Shown: positions 1 through 14,513, counted from the first letter of the stretch. The stretch is DNA of 64,000 nt from Amoebidium appalachense (GCA_963693365.1 CAVNZM010000016.1:3809957-3873956), one strand, 5' to 3'. A program made the numbers and translations. Notes: generated from the sequence alone by a model not told the origin.

Positions 1-264
1 AGCCGGGCGGTGCATGGGTGGGTGGGGAGGTGGGAGGAGGGGGGGGGGGGAAGTGGGGAAGGAAGGGAGGGAGGGAGATTGTGGGGCTCCGAGGGGGAAT
101 GATGGAGAGATGGTTAGCCCGTGCAGTGTGTGTGTGTGTGTGGGGAGGGGGGGGGGGGGGGGGGGGGAGAGGGGGGGGGGGGGGGGGGGGGAGGGTTAAT
201 CGGATGGTGATTAGGAGTTTTTGTTTGGTTTCTTTTCCTTCTTTTCCTTTTTTGGGGGGGGGGG

Positions 265-302
<38 letters not shown>

Positions 303-385
303 CTTTCTCCCTCCCCCTTTTTTTTTCTCCTCCTTGAATGGTTTTATCTCTGTTCTGACATCTCTTGGTCTCACTTACCCTCCAG

Positions 386-752
386 ACATTGACGTGCCTG
401 GATTCGGCGGATCGACGGACAGACACCAGTAAGTCATAACCCTAAATTAAAATTATTAAAAAATAAAATTAAAAGATTATGAGTCATGAACCACACCCTT
501 TTGGTGTCGGTGTCCTTAGACATTTCTCTATACAACAGCCATATATGTATTTAGATTAGATATACATAGCATGACATCTCAAGATAGGAGCTCGAAGGAC
601 GTGTGGGCGGACACGGAGTGTGTGTTTATGTGTGTTGGGGACTTTTGGTTTTACTTTCGAGAGGGGGGGGGGGGGGGGGGGGGTTCTGCATGGTGTTTAG
701 TGCCCGTTGATTGATATTAATAGTTTTTGAGCTTGAAGTCATTTTCCCAAAT

Positions 753-784
<32 letters not shown>

Positions 785-2282
785 GAACTTTTTGTCTGGG
801 CTGTGAATGGGAGACACTACTCTGTAGTATGATTGTGTCGTATGGGAACTATTGTAACGAAGGCGCAATGTTCTTTTTTTTCTTTTTTTTTTTTTGTTTG
901 TTTGTTTGTTTTTTGGACTTCGTACTCTTTATTCGCCGGAGACTCTTAGGTCTACCTGAGTGGAATATATCACAATCGTACCAAGTCTATATCTTGCCCA
1001 TTATTCGTTCAAGCCACATTCACACACTGTTACATTTCAACGTTAACAACAACCTTATGTTTTTATGATCTGTATCTACATTTTTATTGACTCAACGCAC
1101 ATGCGTAGATGTGATTGGTTGACTATGTGTAAATATATCCGAATGTTGTGTCAACACTACCAATTTTTAATATCAGCTGGCATCATGAGCCACCATTGTT
1201 ATTATCGCCTATGTCGTGCATATGCATGCTGCAACCAACTTTCATCGTCATTGTACACGAAACGCACTTACACTGTTCTATATAGTAATCCTCCCCCCTC
1301 CCCCCCTCCCCCCCCCCCCCCCCCCCCCCCAAACATACACACACACACATGTGCGCACGCGCTTGCTTACAAACACCAGTAGCAGCCCCCCCCCTCTTCC
1401 CCCCCCCCCCCCCCCCCCCCTCTCTCTCCTCCTCCTCCTCCTCACAACAACAACAACAAAAAAAGAAAAAGAAAAAAAAACCTTCTCCTCCTCCTCCTCC
1501 TCACAACAACAACAAAAAAAAAAACAAAAAAAAAAAAACGGTACATATATACACGTACTACTGTGACAGTACTAGTCCTGACCTCCCCCGCCCCGGCCCC
1601 CACACCGATAGATTCGAAAATAGCAGCGCACCCATCCGTGCACCCATACACAGACACACACACACACACACATTCACACACATACACACAGACACACACA
1701 CACAGACACATTCACACACACACATTCAGACACACATACACACACAGACACACACACACACACACATTCACACACACATACACACAGACACACACACACA
1801 CACACATTCACACACACATACACACATACACACACACACACACACATTCACACACACATACACACACACATACACACAGACACACAGACACACACACACA
1901 CGTGCACACACATGCACATACACGTGTGCATACACTACACATGCACACACGTCACGCACAGTCACTCACATATACACATCCATGCAGCCTGCACAGGTGC
2001 ATGTACCCATGCACACCCACACGACTTGTATATATACACACATCTTCAAAACCCGCCATTTAATTTGTGTGTCGTTGAATTTCAAACCATGTGCACATGC
2101 ACGTGTGTGGGAGCTAAAATAAGCCCGGGGTTCACAATCATTTGCACGTGGGTGGGTGGTGGTGATGCATGGTTGTTTGGTCGGTTGTACGTGTAGGGGG
2201 GCAAGGGTGTGTGTGTGTGTGTGTGTCATAGCGCATATGGGTGTGTGTGTGTGGGGGGGGGGGGTAGGGGGGGAGTGTTTGT

Positions 2283-2313
<31 letters not shown>

Positions 2314-2405
2314 GGGGGTTGTTTGCAAATACTCAGTTTTTACTGAATTCAACTTGACGCTGTTAGCGTTACAGTTACTGACATTTTATTTCCTCTCTCC
2401 ATGGA

Positions 2406-2445
<40 letters not shown>

Positions 2446-2672
2446 CCACACACATATGCATGCATGGTTTGAAGTCTTCATGCTTTGCAATTGCCTCCAC
2501 TCCGCTAAGCCCTGCTTACATGATATTTGTACACATTGGGCATAAAGTAATGGTGGGGTGGGGCTCATGCAAATTACGTAAATTTGCACATATTTGCAGA
2601 TATCTGCTTGACGATACCGTTCCGGGGAGAGTTCGTGCCGTGTACACGAACCAAAAAACGAAAACTTCATAA
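386..2672 (+). CDS. Possible 3' exons of an unidentified gene (candidate small exons ~386-428, ~588-619, ~950-977, ~1612-1637, ~2114-2147, 2600-2672)
   Basis: Short non-repetitive islands with plausible acceptors and donors (ccctccag|...|gtaagt at 386-428; tttgcag| at 2599). Peptides such as DIDVPGFGGSTD and YLLDDTVPGRVRAVYTNQKTKTS*. The exon chain and frame are ambiguous. Confidence 0.3.
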
Positions 2673-3141
2673 AGAAAGAAAGAAAGAAAGAAAGCACTGC
2701 AAGTATTTTCCAAATTGTATCAACGATCGAACATATACGAACTGTGTTGCGACAAAACAGCCTACATACCTGTACATATCTTTTTATGCAATTTCCGAAT
2801 TCCACAAGAACCCACGCCACCACCACCACCACCCCTCATCGGTGCCCCCTTAAATAATTTCTCAGAACCAGCCATGCACACGGTTCTCAATTGAACGTCA
2901 CGAGCAGAAGAAATGAAAAAGATCAGGAAAACAAAAGAAATCTGAAAAAAAAAGAAACCCGAAGAAATATGAAACATTGGACTATCACATCAACAACATT
3001 GCAAAGCGGTATTCGGAAGATGTGGGGCCCTCCATGACATACCCAGATCATGGGGAGGGAATTTTTTTTTAGAAAAACAGAACGTTTTCCAAAGGAAAAA
3101 AAAATCCCGGTATCTTTTTTTCTCTCCAGCCAAAAGCAATC

Positions 3142-3439
3142 TCATTTCGCCTTCCTGGCCTCGCCGTTAGCCTTTGCCGATCCGTTTTCCGTCTTTTTTT
3201 CCGGTTGATATCCGGGGGTGTCCGGAATTGCCCTCTCCACGTAGCACATGTACTGGTACAGGGCAATCAGGTAGACACATGCAAAATAGGCCCCTGGCGT
3301 GCGGAAAGCGTACGCAACGAGAAGCGCACGTACCCTGTGTGTGTGTGTGTGTAGGGAGGGAAGGGGGGGGGGGGGGGGGGGGGAGGGGGGGGGGAGGGGT
3401 AATGTGTATGTGTATGTGTGTGGGGTGGGGGTGTGGGGG

Positions 3440-3490
<51 letters not shown>

Positions 3491-4118
3491 TTTTGTGTTT
3501 GTGTGTGTGTGTGCGCATGCCCACGCACGCGCGTGTGTAGTTGAAATGTATTGATCAAAGACAGGGTCAGTTTCCTGTTTCTTTTCTGCTGAAGTCTGGA
3601 GAGCAGCCCCCTCCCCCCCCCCCCCCCCCCCCCCCCACCCCCACCCACACACACACATACACACCCACTCCCCACACATCTTCCCACCTATCCCCAAAGA
3701 GGCTCCTCCTCATTGCTCAATAATGAGCCATGCCTCGTGACTACAACAATAGGAGAATTGAAAATCATTTTCACCGACATCTCAGAATGTGTGTGCCTGT
3801 GTGTGTGTGTGCCTGTGTGTGTGTGTGTGTGTGCGCGCACGGGCACACGCGCGTCTCACACGTAGGTCGGTGTGTATACCTGTGTGTAAGTGTGTGTGTG
3901 TGTGTGTGTCTGTGTGTGTCTGTGTGTGTATCTGTGTGGGGGTGTGTGTGTGTGGGGGGGGGGGGGGGGGGGGGGGGAGGGGGGGGGGGTTCATACTGTC
4001 CTGCACGATACTGGGGGTCTGAAATGCCCATGTTGAAGGGGAAACCCTCCACCCAGGGAATGGTCTTACCAAGGCGGATACCATAGAACACGCTGGAAAG
4101 GGTTGGAAGCGCGCGTGT

Positions 4119-4167
<49 letters not shown>

Positions 4168-5204
4168 GAGAGGTTAGATGGTGGTTGATGGTGGTCACTA
4201 GAGGGAAGAGAGGGTGGTGTTGGGTGCAGGGGGGCGTGTGTGTAAATGGTGTGTGTAGGTGTGTGGGTGTGCGATGGGGGGGATTTTTTGGGCAGGGAGG
4301 GGGAGAGGGGGATTGGGGGGTGGGGGGAGGGCGGGGGGGGAGTGAGAGGAGAAAGCTTGCAGTTAACCGCTGAAAATACAAGGAAAGCAAAGAGCATGCG
4401 CACTTAGTGGGAAACCAATAAACAAAGAGTGAATTTTTATCCAAGTTAAGGGGGGGGGGGGGGGGGGAGGAGGAGGAAGGGGAAATAGGACAATGCCCAC
4501 ACTCACAGGGAAGGAGTGGCCCCGAGGAAGAAGGGGGAGGGGGGGGGGGGGGTGAGGGGGGTTTGTAAATTAGGAAACTTTGAAATGTGAAGTTTAAGAA
4601 AGGAAGAACATAGGGGGGCAGGAACGAAAAGCCCCTTCCCCTTCCCCCCTCCATTCCCCCCCCCCCCCCCTCCGTATTTCTTCTTCCCTCTCCCCCCCCA
4701 CCCCTTCGTCCGCACCTTCTCCCCCCGCCCCTTCCCCCCCTCTTATCCAATGCTCCCAGTTCCACTAGAACAGGGCACTCTCCTACCCCACGTCACTCGC
4801 ACCGGCAATGCAGACACAATCACTAACAACCCGCGCTCCTTCCCCCCACAACCCCAACCACCACCGGGGTCCAGTCCAGAACACATACCATCCCCTTTCC
4901 CCTCCCCTTCCTCTCCCCCCCCCCCCCCCCCTCGTTTTAGTCCAACATCGTTCTGGCTACCTCCCCCCCCCCCCCCCCCCCCCCCTCCCTCCCTCTTTTA
5001 CCGTTAACATTCTGTTTTTTTTTAAAAAAAATCTCCGTTTGCTTCCATTTCCTTTAGTATTTTACCCTTCAACATCCCCGGTCCATTCCCCACCCCCTCA
5101 CCCCCCCAAATACACACACACACACACAGACACACTCGCCGGCCGAGGAGGGGGAGGAGGGGTGGTTCATGGAAAGATGTTGGGTCGGACGTGTGTGCAT
5201 GTGT

Positions 5205-5235
<31 letters not shown>

Positions 5236-5933
5236 GGTTTGAATGCGTCAAAAAGTACGAAGTACACAAGAACAAACGGATAACACGATGCAGAGTGCAA
5301 GCCATACATAAAGAGTATGCATAATAAGCAGAGCCCATCCTCAGGGGGGGCCCACGTCATCCACGGGGGGGGGGGTGGCGGCAATCATGTTTGCCTATCC
5401 CAAATACCCAGCCCCCCCCCCCCCCTCCGGAGGGTGGGTACATCCGTCCTACTCTATGGTTTCATCATAGCCCCCTCCCCCTTCCCTTCCCTCCTCCATC
5501 TCCCCACGCAACCAACGGGCAAACCAAGAGAGATGCGGGGATTTCGTGTGCATTTTTCCCCGAAGGGAGGGGTGGGTGTGGGTGGGTGGAAAGCGGGTAG
5601 GTACACATGACCGGCACCAACATACACCAGCGCGCACATATCCACCAACCTCTCCCCCACTCCCCCCTCCCCTCCAGCCCTCCCCCCTCACCCACCCATG
5701 CACACACACGCTCAGCCCTCCCCCCTTCCCCTCTCTCCCCCCTACACACACCCACACCCACACCCACGCACTCACCCGTCCGAGCCAATAGCGTTCATGA
5801 TAGCATAGTCCATGAACGAGCAGGCAATCAGTCCCACAACAAAGATCAGGTCGCAGTGCGGGAACTCGAGGGGGGAACGCAGGCCCGCGGCAAGAAGGTA
5901 CATCCCGCCAACCTGTATCATTTTTTTTTTGGT

Positions 5934-5967
<34 letters not shown>

Positions 5968-6119
5968 CTCGTCAATATTGCTGCCACACACACTGGTACT
6001 GTTATTGTATCGTTTTGATGTGGTTATCGCCCTTTACAACAAAATCATGGTTTTGTTTTTTCCTAACAGCATAAGATGGTAGAAAATAGAGGAGGAGGGA
6101 GGAGAAAGGGGCAGGGCGG

Positions 6120-6174
<55 letters not shown>

Positions 6175-6774
6175 GGGGAGACGAGGATGCGTAAAAGTGA
6201 AACTGATAGGCCATGATGTGGTGTTGTTGGCGAGAGAGAGAGAGAGAGGCGAGGAGGGGGGGGGGGGGGGGGGGGATCAGAATGATTGCAACGAAAGCAT
6301 TTCAAGCACAAACATCAGCCTTCATTGTCTAATTCTCTCATCCCCCCCCCCCCCCCCCCCCCCACCTTCCCTCCTCTCTTCCCCCTCCCCCCCCCCCCCC
6401 AAAAGGAAAAAGAGCGAGAGGAAAAAAACACAACCTCCCCCTCCCAACCCCTCCTCCCCCCAACAAACAACCACCACTATCTCTTTGTAGAGCCCTTTCT
6501 GTATGTGTATTACAGACCACTGCGCCTATTCACTTTAGCCTAAAAGATTTTATGTATCAATGGTTAGCCTAAAAGATTTTATGTATCAATGGAGAATGAA
6601 ATGAGAGGAAAGTAATAGGTGGTTGGTATGAGGTTGGGCCGAAGAAGGAAATGGGAGGAAACCGGAGCCGGAGAAACGTGAAAAGAGAAAAGGGGCCAGG
6701 GGAGTGGCGTAGGAGGGGGCTGGGTGATGGTGGTGGTGGTGGTGGTGGTTTATTATTTTTTTTTTTCTTTTTTT

Positions 6775-6820
<46 letters not shown>

Positions 6821-6896
6821 AGATTGGGAAAAGGGCTTTTCGGAGCAGCAAGCAAAAGAAAACTATAGGGGGGTCATGGCGGGCGTGCGAGTGTGA

Positions 6897-6943
<47 letters not shown>

Positions 6944-8541
6944 GAGGGGTGATGGGGGGATGGAGTGATGGAGCAAGGGAGAGTTGGAAGAGGAATGCAG
7001 GGCCAGAGGCCCGGTGTGGAGGTGATGGTGTGTGTGTGTGTGTGTTTGGGGGGGGGGGGGGGGGGAAGGGGAGGGGGCGGGGGGAGGGGGGGCACGTGCA
7101 GATTGAGTGCACACAGTACCTGGGGGATCTTCAGCCAACCGGCTATGCAGCGGAACCGAAGAACGGCATCCTCAGGCATATTCGGGAGGGAAAGATAGCG
7201 AGATAGACGGCTCTTGCCAAAGTGGATGGGATACCACCACACATAACTGTTTTTTAACAAGGGGGGGGGGGGGGAGGGGGGAGGGGGAAGAGGAGGAGGG
7301 GGGAGGGGAGGGGAGGGAAGGGAAGGGGGGATGTTGGGTAAGAAGAAGCGAAAGTTGGTTAGCGATACCAACCAAACAAAGCTGTTGAAGGGATGGGGGG
7401 TTGGGGGTTGAAGGGTGGAGGAGGAGGGGGAGGGAGGGGGGAGGGGGGTGTTATGTGACAAGAGGTGAACGGTGATGGAACAGCAATACCAATGGAAGGA
7501 ATCAGCTTCATGAAGCAAATTACTTGGCCTACAGAAAGGAAGGCGAACAGGGTCCGAAAAAAGAGCACCAGAGTAAAGAGGTTAACACATGGTTCTCATA
7601 CCCAGAAGTCCTTGATGGGTCGAATATTGGAAAAGAAAAAACACTTGGGGTGTCCGGTAGGGTGTGGGTGTGTTAATGTGGGTAAGGGGCAAAACTAGGG
7701 TCCTTGACAGTTTATGCATGAATGAACCGTATTGGATCTGGGGGCCAGGTGGGAGAAGGGCGGGGCGGGGCGGGGGGGGGGGGGGGGAGGGGGGGGAGGG
7801 GGGGGGGGGTGGGAGGGGAAGGCTGGAGGCCTCCGTGACGGAGTGTTAGACCTCACACATCAGGTCAGGAAAAAAAAGAAAGGAAGGAAGTGTTAAGACA
7901 CTTGGAAGAGCGCTTCTAGTCGAGGTTTGAAAAAGGTACGAGAATACAGGGAAGAAGGACGTAGCGGTATTGAAGTGGGATGTGTGTGTGTGTGGGGGGG
8001 GGGGGGGGGGGTGTTTGGTTTGGGGGGGTATGTTTGCCCGGGGGGGATGGGGGGAGGGGGGGGGGGGAAGGGGGGCGGAGGGGGGGGGGGGGGGGGAGGC
8101 GGGGGTGATGTAAACGCACAAGACCTGCAAGTGTATGCGTAGTGAATGTGTGCCTATGTGTGTGCGGGAATGTGCGTGAGCGCCTGTGTTTGTGCTCGTG
8201 CTATGTGCGTGTGAGTGGTTGGTTGGGTTTGATTGCCTTCGCAGGTGTCTGGGTGTGCCTGTGTGTGTGTGTGTTTGTGTTTGCTGTTTGTTGGCGTGTG
8301 TGTACGGTTATGTGTACGCGTGCGGGTGCTTGCATGTATGTGCATTTTTGAGTGTTTTATGAACCACCCCGCCTGCATCTCTCCCATGCTACAAAACCAA
8401 CACACACACTTACCTATAAAAGATGAAAGGTCCAGCCACACCGAGCAAGGATGCGAAAGTCAAGGCAGGCCCAAGCTCGCTCAGTTGCTCGTGAAGCTCT
8501 TTAAGAAACTCAAGATGCGCTATGTTTGATTCTTTAAACAA
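3142..8541 (-). CDS. Phospholipid N-methyltransferase, PEMT/Opi3 family, plant PLMT-like; exons 8414-8541, 7120-7246, 5776-5912, 3997-4092, 3142-3334; start codon not located
   Basis: Phase-consistent GT-AG splicing gives ...[18 protein letters not shown]...[13 protein letters not shown]...[52 protein letters not shown]...YQYMCYVE. This matches the PLMT signature G-x-YYG-x-RFGK-x-IPWV-x-x-FPF...DPQY. Confidence 0.88.
5238..5364 (-). mobile_element. 5'-truncated copy of dispersed element family A (3' ~125 nt) in a PLMT intron
   Basis: Reverse complement is near-identical to 22290-22416. The 3' end abuts a C-run (G-run on +). Confidence 0.9.
6535..6592. repeat. Perfect 29-bp tandem duplication (ttagcctaaaagattttatgtatcaatgg x2)
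   Basis: Read directly from the sequence. Confidence 0.9.
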
Positions 8542-9587
8542 CTGTATCTTCAAAACAAATATCAGTTTTTTTTGTAGCCGCGGGGGAAATATAAAACTTT
8601 CGTTTCCACGTGTCAGCGCTTTTTCTGTGTTGCCAAGATAGGATCTTTGGAATTTGTTTACAGCGCGAACAATTGGCGCTCTTCTAGCCAATAGGTAGAG
8701 GCTCCATATTTTTCGATGAACTAAAATACATTTTACTGATTTTGCAAACAAATATTGTTGAAGGGGTTTTATGTTGATAAAGTTGGCGTAATAACTTATG
8801 GTTTTAGATTTGTATGTTTTATATTCCGTTACTATTTAGAAAAATCGAATATTCAGAAGTGCGCATCAGATGGTGGAAGCTGGGCTTTCAAAAAGCCATG
8901 TGTCCGCGGCGCCAGCTAGCCCGCGCTGCCGCATGCCGCGCCACTCAGCAGTCACACTGAAAACTTGCAACCCATCACTGAGTAAAGAGTGCTACGCAGG
9001 GCAAAATGATGGGAACAAAAAACTCATAAGCTCTTTTTTTTTTTTTTGTCCATTGGAAGGTACCTCTTTATGGCAGCTTACATCTGTATACGCTGTACAG
9101 CACACTGCGGCCGAACTTCTAAGTAAGCTTAAGATTAGTCTTCAACTTGGTTGACTTTCAGTAGAAAAGGAGCTCCGGATCCTCATTCGGCCCTTCTTCC
9201 TTTGTATGGTGTACCGTATGTGTACACGTGTGCCCACTCATATGCTCCCTCGTTAATTAATTGTAAGAAACAGCCCGAGCTTATACATTCTTGTCTCCCC
9301 GGGGCGCGTCTTTCCTGCCTATAATAGTCCAGCTGCTTATGGACAATGGAATAGGGGAGAATTTTTTTTTCGCGCCCGTGCTTTGGTGTCTTCCGACCAA
9401 ACATTACCTCTAACTCACGGCCTTTCCTCACTGCTACACATCTGTATACCGCGCACACGTGCAACATTGGGTTCAGACCTCTGTTTGCGATGATTTTCGG
9501 AGTGCGCTTTGGCATACGCGTACGTAAGTTTTATTGCACACACAAACACACTGTGCACACGCAAACACACGAAAACACACACGCACG

Positions 9588-9694
<107 letters not shown>

Positions 9695-11419
9695 ATGCGC
9701 AATGTAAACAGCCGCGTGACACCGACGTTTGTCTGACCCAAGGAACGGAGCGTTAACCTTCTGGGCCCTCGAACACTCATCATCGAGCTGCCCCGGCCCC
9801 ACGGCAACCAGGTGCTAACGCATACACCAACAGAAGTACAGTTGCTAGCATACACGCATACACGCTGGTCCATACCCACATCCACATTTTCACACACGAG
9901 CATTACTTACGTAGCTTGCCCCAAGCACTCCATGAACTAGATCAGCTCAGGTTCATCAGCACTGATCTCGAGGTGCATGCGGGGAGACTCTCGAGGTGCA
10001 TGCGGGGAGACATGCGGGGCATAAATGCTCAGGGTCGACTCCCAGCTGGCCGCGGTAACTATGTACATAGATGTGAACGTGTTCAACCCTTCCTGTATAT
10101 ATACCTTTTAGATGTCTTCTTTACAAGGCATGTATTTGGCATGCACATTCAGCTTGTGCATTGTGGGCCGTCGAACGCTATTATAATTATCCGGTGCACG
10201 TCAATCAACTACAGGGTCGAGATCCCTCTCGCCAGCGAACTTTCATGCTTCTCTTTTGATGAGCTTCTCAATAAAGTGACAGTCATTTTAAAAAAAACTT
10301 TCAGTGTGGTTTTGCCGCGCTCGGTATGGAATGTGAGCAGCATACCACAGTTAGTAAAGGATTTGCAGCTATCTGGAATTGAGCAACGAGGGTGACAGAT
10401 TCGAGAATATCTACTAGCACCCATATTATTTTCCGATTTGGCATACTCTCGGTAGAATCACCCTAGAGTTTTAGGGAGAACCGCCTCATATAGCCCGCAC
10501 ACATGCCGGCGTAGCCCTCTCCCACTTCTAATCTCGCCTTCAAGGCCCCTACTTTCCATTCTACGCACATGTATACACCTGTAATGCAGTACATCAACCT
10601 TCTTTATATGTTACTGCACAATACCACCTTTACCTATTCCCTCAAAAGCATCTCGAAAGCGTGTCTATATACCCAGACGCGCGGAGCAGCACATATGCGG
10701 AGAGCCCCGGCTTGCTTCCACCAAGTCTTTTAAGTTCGCCGCTTTAAAATCCCTGCATTAGTAAATCACGCATTGCTTGTACCGACATAATAATTCGCAT
10801 TGCATCTCGCATCGACAATGATTTTCCCGCCCAACCCAAGGACCCTGCCACCCATTTTGCCCGCCCTTAGGTGTTCATGTGTGTATGCTCGAATGCAATT
10901 ATTACATATTGTCCATATACAGGCACATTATGTCACGTAACAAGGCGCAACAAAATGATTGTTACGAGCAGAAAAAAGGATTTTTTACGGGACTGAAGTC
11001 CGGTGCAGGGGGGATGACCTCCAGGCAGGTGCTGGCGCAACCGGGGTGATGCGTTGTTTCCTGCGGGCTGCAAGGAGCTGGTGAGCTACCTCTCTCCATC
11101 ATGGTTCTGTCTTCGCGTCCTTTACCCGCCGGGGCGTGCGGATGGTACTCTGATGGCCGCGAGGCTTCTCGTTTAGGGGGTTGGCGGCCTTCTGGGTTAG
11201 CGACGGCACCCTTTTTCTATGATGGGGATCACAACTAAGTTTTCTCCAACTCTACGTTTTCTCTTTGGGGGTGCACCTGCGGCTTGGTTGACGTCTCCTT
11301 CGCGGCGCGCGTCCGAGGTAGTTTGTAGCCAACTGGGACGTCGAGAAGCTTCCTCAGCCGGCTACAGTTACGGGCCCTTGTGGTGGCAGTTAGCTCTATA
11401 GCCTTGATTTGTGTACCCG

Positions 11420-12048
11420 CTTGCTTGGTAGTGTTGGTTCCTTTTGCATCTCCCGTTACAGCTAGGCTACCTTGTTTGGCTGCTATTCTCCTTGGAGGGT
11501 TACTCCTGTCGCCGCGCCCCCTACATAAGGTAGTTTTGCAGTTTTACATGTTCTGTATTGCTCTTTTGAAACCTCGTGTGTTGCTCCAGTGATAGAGTTT
11601 TGGCCGATGGCTCTGTCTCTAGAGTAGTTACAGATGGCTTCCTTGCAGTTTGTAGCCTAGACATCTTCGTAGCTTTGATGGAGCAATCTAGCCATGCCCC
11701 AAGCTTCTCATGTTGTACCCTGCCATAGATGCTAATTACATGTTAACGTAAGAATTTACTCAAATTTCTGTGTGTTAACGTACGCGTTTCACTCAATGAT
11801 TTCTGTGACTCAATTCATACTAGGTCACCTTTATTGAGGTCTTTTTTGTTGTGGCAGCCGAGATATCAACTTATCGTTTTCACTCCTGCCTTAGTGTTTG
11901 TTTGTATTTTTATTCCTTTGGGTCGATGTCTGTATTCCCGTGAGCCTACTTCTCATTTGAGTGACTCGAAAATTGTCTCTCGAGATATCTGGGATATCTC
12001 TTTTTGTGAACATATGAGCACATCAATAAAGTCATTATATAAAAAAAA
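11420..12048 (+). mobile_element. Diverged interspersed repeat (family B) ending in AATAAA + oligo(A); probable retroelement 3' remnant
   Basis: Shares ordered blocks with the reverse complement of 37521-38160: tacagctaggctaccttg, gttctgtattgc, tagacatcYtcgt, gcaatctag, gatatctgSgatatctc, cacatcaataaagtcat followed by A7-8. Confidence 0.7.
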
Positions 12049-12054
12049 TTGCTC

Positions 12055-12230
12055 CTCGCCTCCGACGCAGGAGGCACCTGGTTCGAATCCCGGGATGTAG
12101 CGCATTGGGGATCGGATGCCCTGATGGTGTAGGACTCGCCTGGGTACAGAACTATGGCAACGGCCCTCTAAGCTAACTCCAACCGGGGTATGTAGTCAAG
12201 GATCGGATGCCTTGGCTATTCCGGAAAGTT

Positions 12231-12261
<31 letters not shown>
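12055..12261 (+). mobile_element. 5'-truncated tRNA-derived (CCG anticodon, Arg-like) SINE-like element with a long poly(T) 3' end
   Basis: Anticodon-arm-like CTCGC-CT-CCG-AC-GCAGG, B-box GGTTCGAATCC at 12080-12090, unrelated tail with duplicated ggatcggatgcc, then a ~29-nt T run. No D-arm or 5' acceptor strand. Confidence 0.55.
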
Positions 12262-13079
12262 CCTTTGGCTTTTTCAGTTCTATTGGTGGTTATGTCGCCT
12301 GTGGCTGCACGTTGCCTTCGTCAACGGATCAATAAAACCGAGTCAAAAGAAAAAAAAAAATTTTACACAGTAAGCGAAATAAAACTTCGCACATTTGGGA
12401 TATATCGGCATTGAACGACGAACTTGATTCCTTTAGTTATATTCCTCGTTTTTGGAGTTTTATGTGATCGAGTAAAAGATTTTCCCGTTCACGCGTGACG
12501 TGATCAAGGTGGTGTTTCATCAAAACTTGTTTATTCTCTAAAGCCTTGAGAATAGTTAAAAAGCTCCTATACTATACCTACTTTTTTTATTGTTTTATAA
12601 TATGATCTTATTATTATTTACCTGTGCTTGACTCAATGAATGTCATCTCAATAGGCATCTAAACACACTCTAGAGTTCATGTTGAAGACAACTTCTGGAT
12701 CAACTTAACGGACGTTAACAAGATAGGTTGCTTTCACCAATTTTTTTGAGGGCCGTCACGGACGAATCTGGTATGAAACATCAGCGAAGAGGCTCCCTTC
12801 TTTTGCACGTGCAGGGATGATGTGAATGACACTCCCTCACGCCTGCCTTCTCAACATATCAAACTAGCACGCTATCGCGGCGTTATCCCTGGCTGGTACA
12901 AGTCTACTCTTTCCATCCTCATTTCCAACGAGCCACTTATTGGCCTTCGGGTCCTGTTCAGATTTTCACTCGAGATCCACTGACTTCAGAGACATCCGGA
13001 CCGCTGTTTACACCAAAACCTCGATCTACATTATAAGCACACAAGTTATATTGGTATAGTTTCTCTTTTCTCTCATGGC

Positions 13080-13339
13080 ATGGCTTCCACATTCCTTAAG
13101 CGGTTCCTTCCCTTCAAGAGGAAACGGGCTGATGAGCAGGTGGGCATGACAGTGGGTGATGGAGGGGACTCCACGGTTGCTCTAAAAACACGAGATTCTG
13201 TGGACATTACGACACTCACAGCGTATGCAAAGGCTGGCTTTGTGACCATCCAAAAAACGAAACCGGGCTCCATCTCACTGGTAAGTAGTGATTCTGAATG
13301 GTGGGTGGTGGGTGGGTGGGGTGGGGAGGAGTGGGGTGT

Positions 13340-13370
<31 letters not shown>

Positions 13371-13447
13371 GGGGGGAGGGGGAGACGGGGGGGGGACGAG
13401 GGGGGGGGGGAGGGGGAGAGGAGGGGGGATGGTGGGTGGAGGGTGGG

Positions 13448-13504
<57 letters not shown>

Positions 13505-13776
13505 CGTGCGGCGTGTGTGCGGGCATGTGGCGTGCGTGTGCGTGTGTGTGCGCTTTTGTGCTTGTGCGCCTGTGTGCCTGTGTGCCTGTGTTCCTTCATG
13601 TCCGTGCCCGTACCCGTGCATATGCGTGTAGGTGTGTGTGTTTGTGTGTGTGTGTGTGTGGGTGTGTGCGTGTGTGCGTTTATGTGTGCATCTGTGTGCG
13701 CATGCGCTCGCGGGCGGGCGTACGGGCGTGTTGTTGGTGGTGGTCGTGGTTTGTGTGGGTTTTTTTTTTTTTTTTT

Positions 13777-13807
<31 letters not shown>

Positions 13808-13809
13808 GA

Positions 13810-13849
<40 letters not shown>

Positions 13850-14409
13850 CGGTCGGTTTAGGCAATGTTTACGCGTGGTGGTGCGGCCTGCATTTCATTT
13901 TATGTTTCTTTTGACGGGGGATCTCTCTAATCTTCGTGCTAAGCCTTCTTCTGTTCTAATTCCATCTTAGTACTGATGACTTGAGAGCCCCCGAACTTTG
14001 CCCCTATGACGTTATAATTGTTATTGTTATGACAACTATTATATACTGTTCTGATATTGTGGGCATAGGTTTATAGAGATGGGGGTGTCCGTGTAAGGTG
14101 CATGAGGTGGAGCGGGGGGCTGGGGGGGAAGGGGGGGGGGGGGGGGGGGGGGGGATGTCTCCGTGAACCATTAAGTGTCTTCGGCAAGATCTGTGGGTGA
14201 AAAGTGCGTTTTGCCACATTTCCTGACTGTGAGGGTGGATGCCTGTGTTTTGGGGCGCATGTCACGTTTGTGTGCTTTGTGTGTGTGCCTTCCTGCATTC
14301 TGGTGCGTCTAGTAGTGTGTGTGTACACACACCCACACACAGAGACCCACATACCTACACACATGCACGAACTAACGAATTTACACACGCACGCACGTAC
14401 GCACGCGCA

Positions 14410-14445
<36 letters not shown>

Positions 14446-14481
14446 ACGCGCACCCACACACGCACGAACGCGCACGCACGC

Positions 14482-14513
<32 letters not shown>

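Noticed and set aside
12055-12100. Functional tRNA-Arg(CCG) gene, or an HDV-like ribozyme just downstream
   Set aside because: No D-arm or 5' acceptor strand, mismatched stems, and P1/P2 pairings for an HDV fold could not be built.
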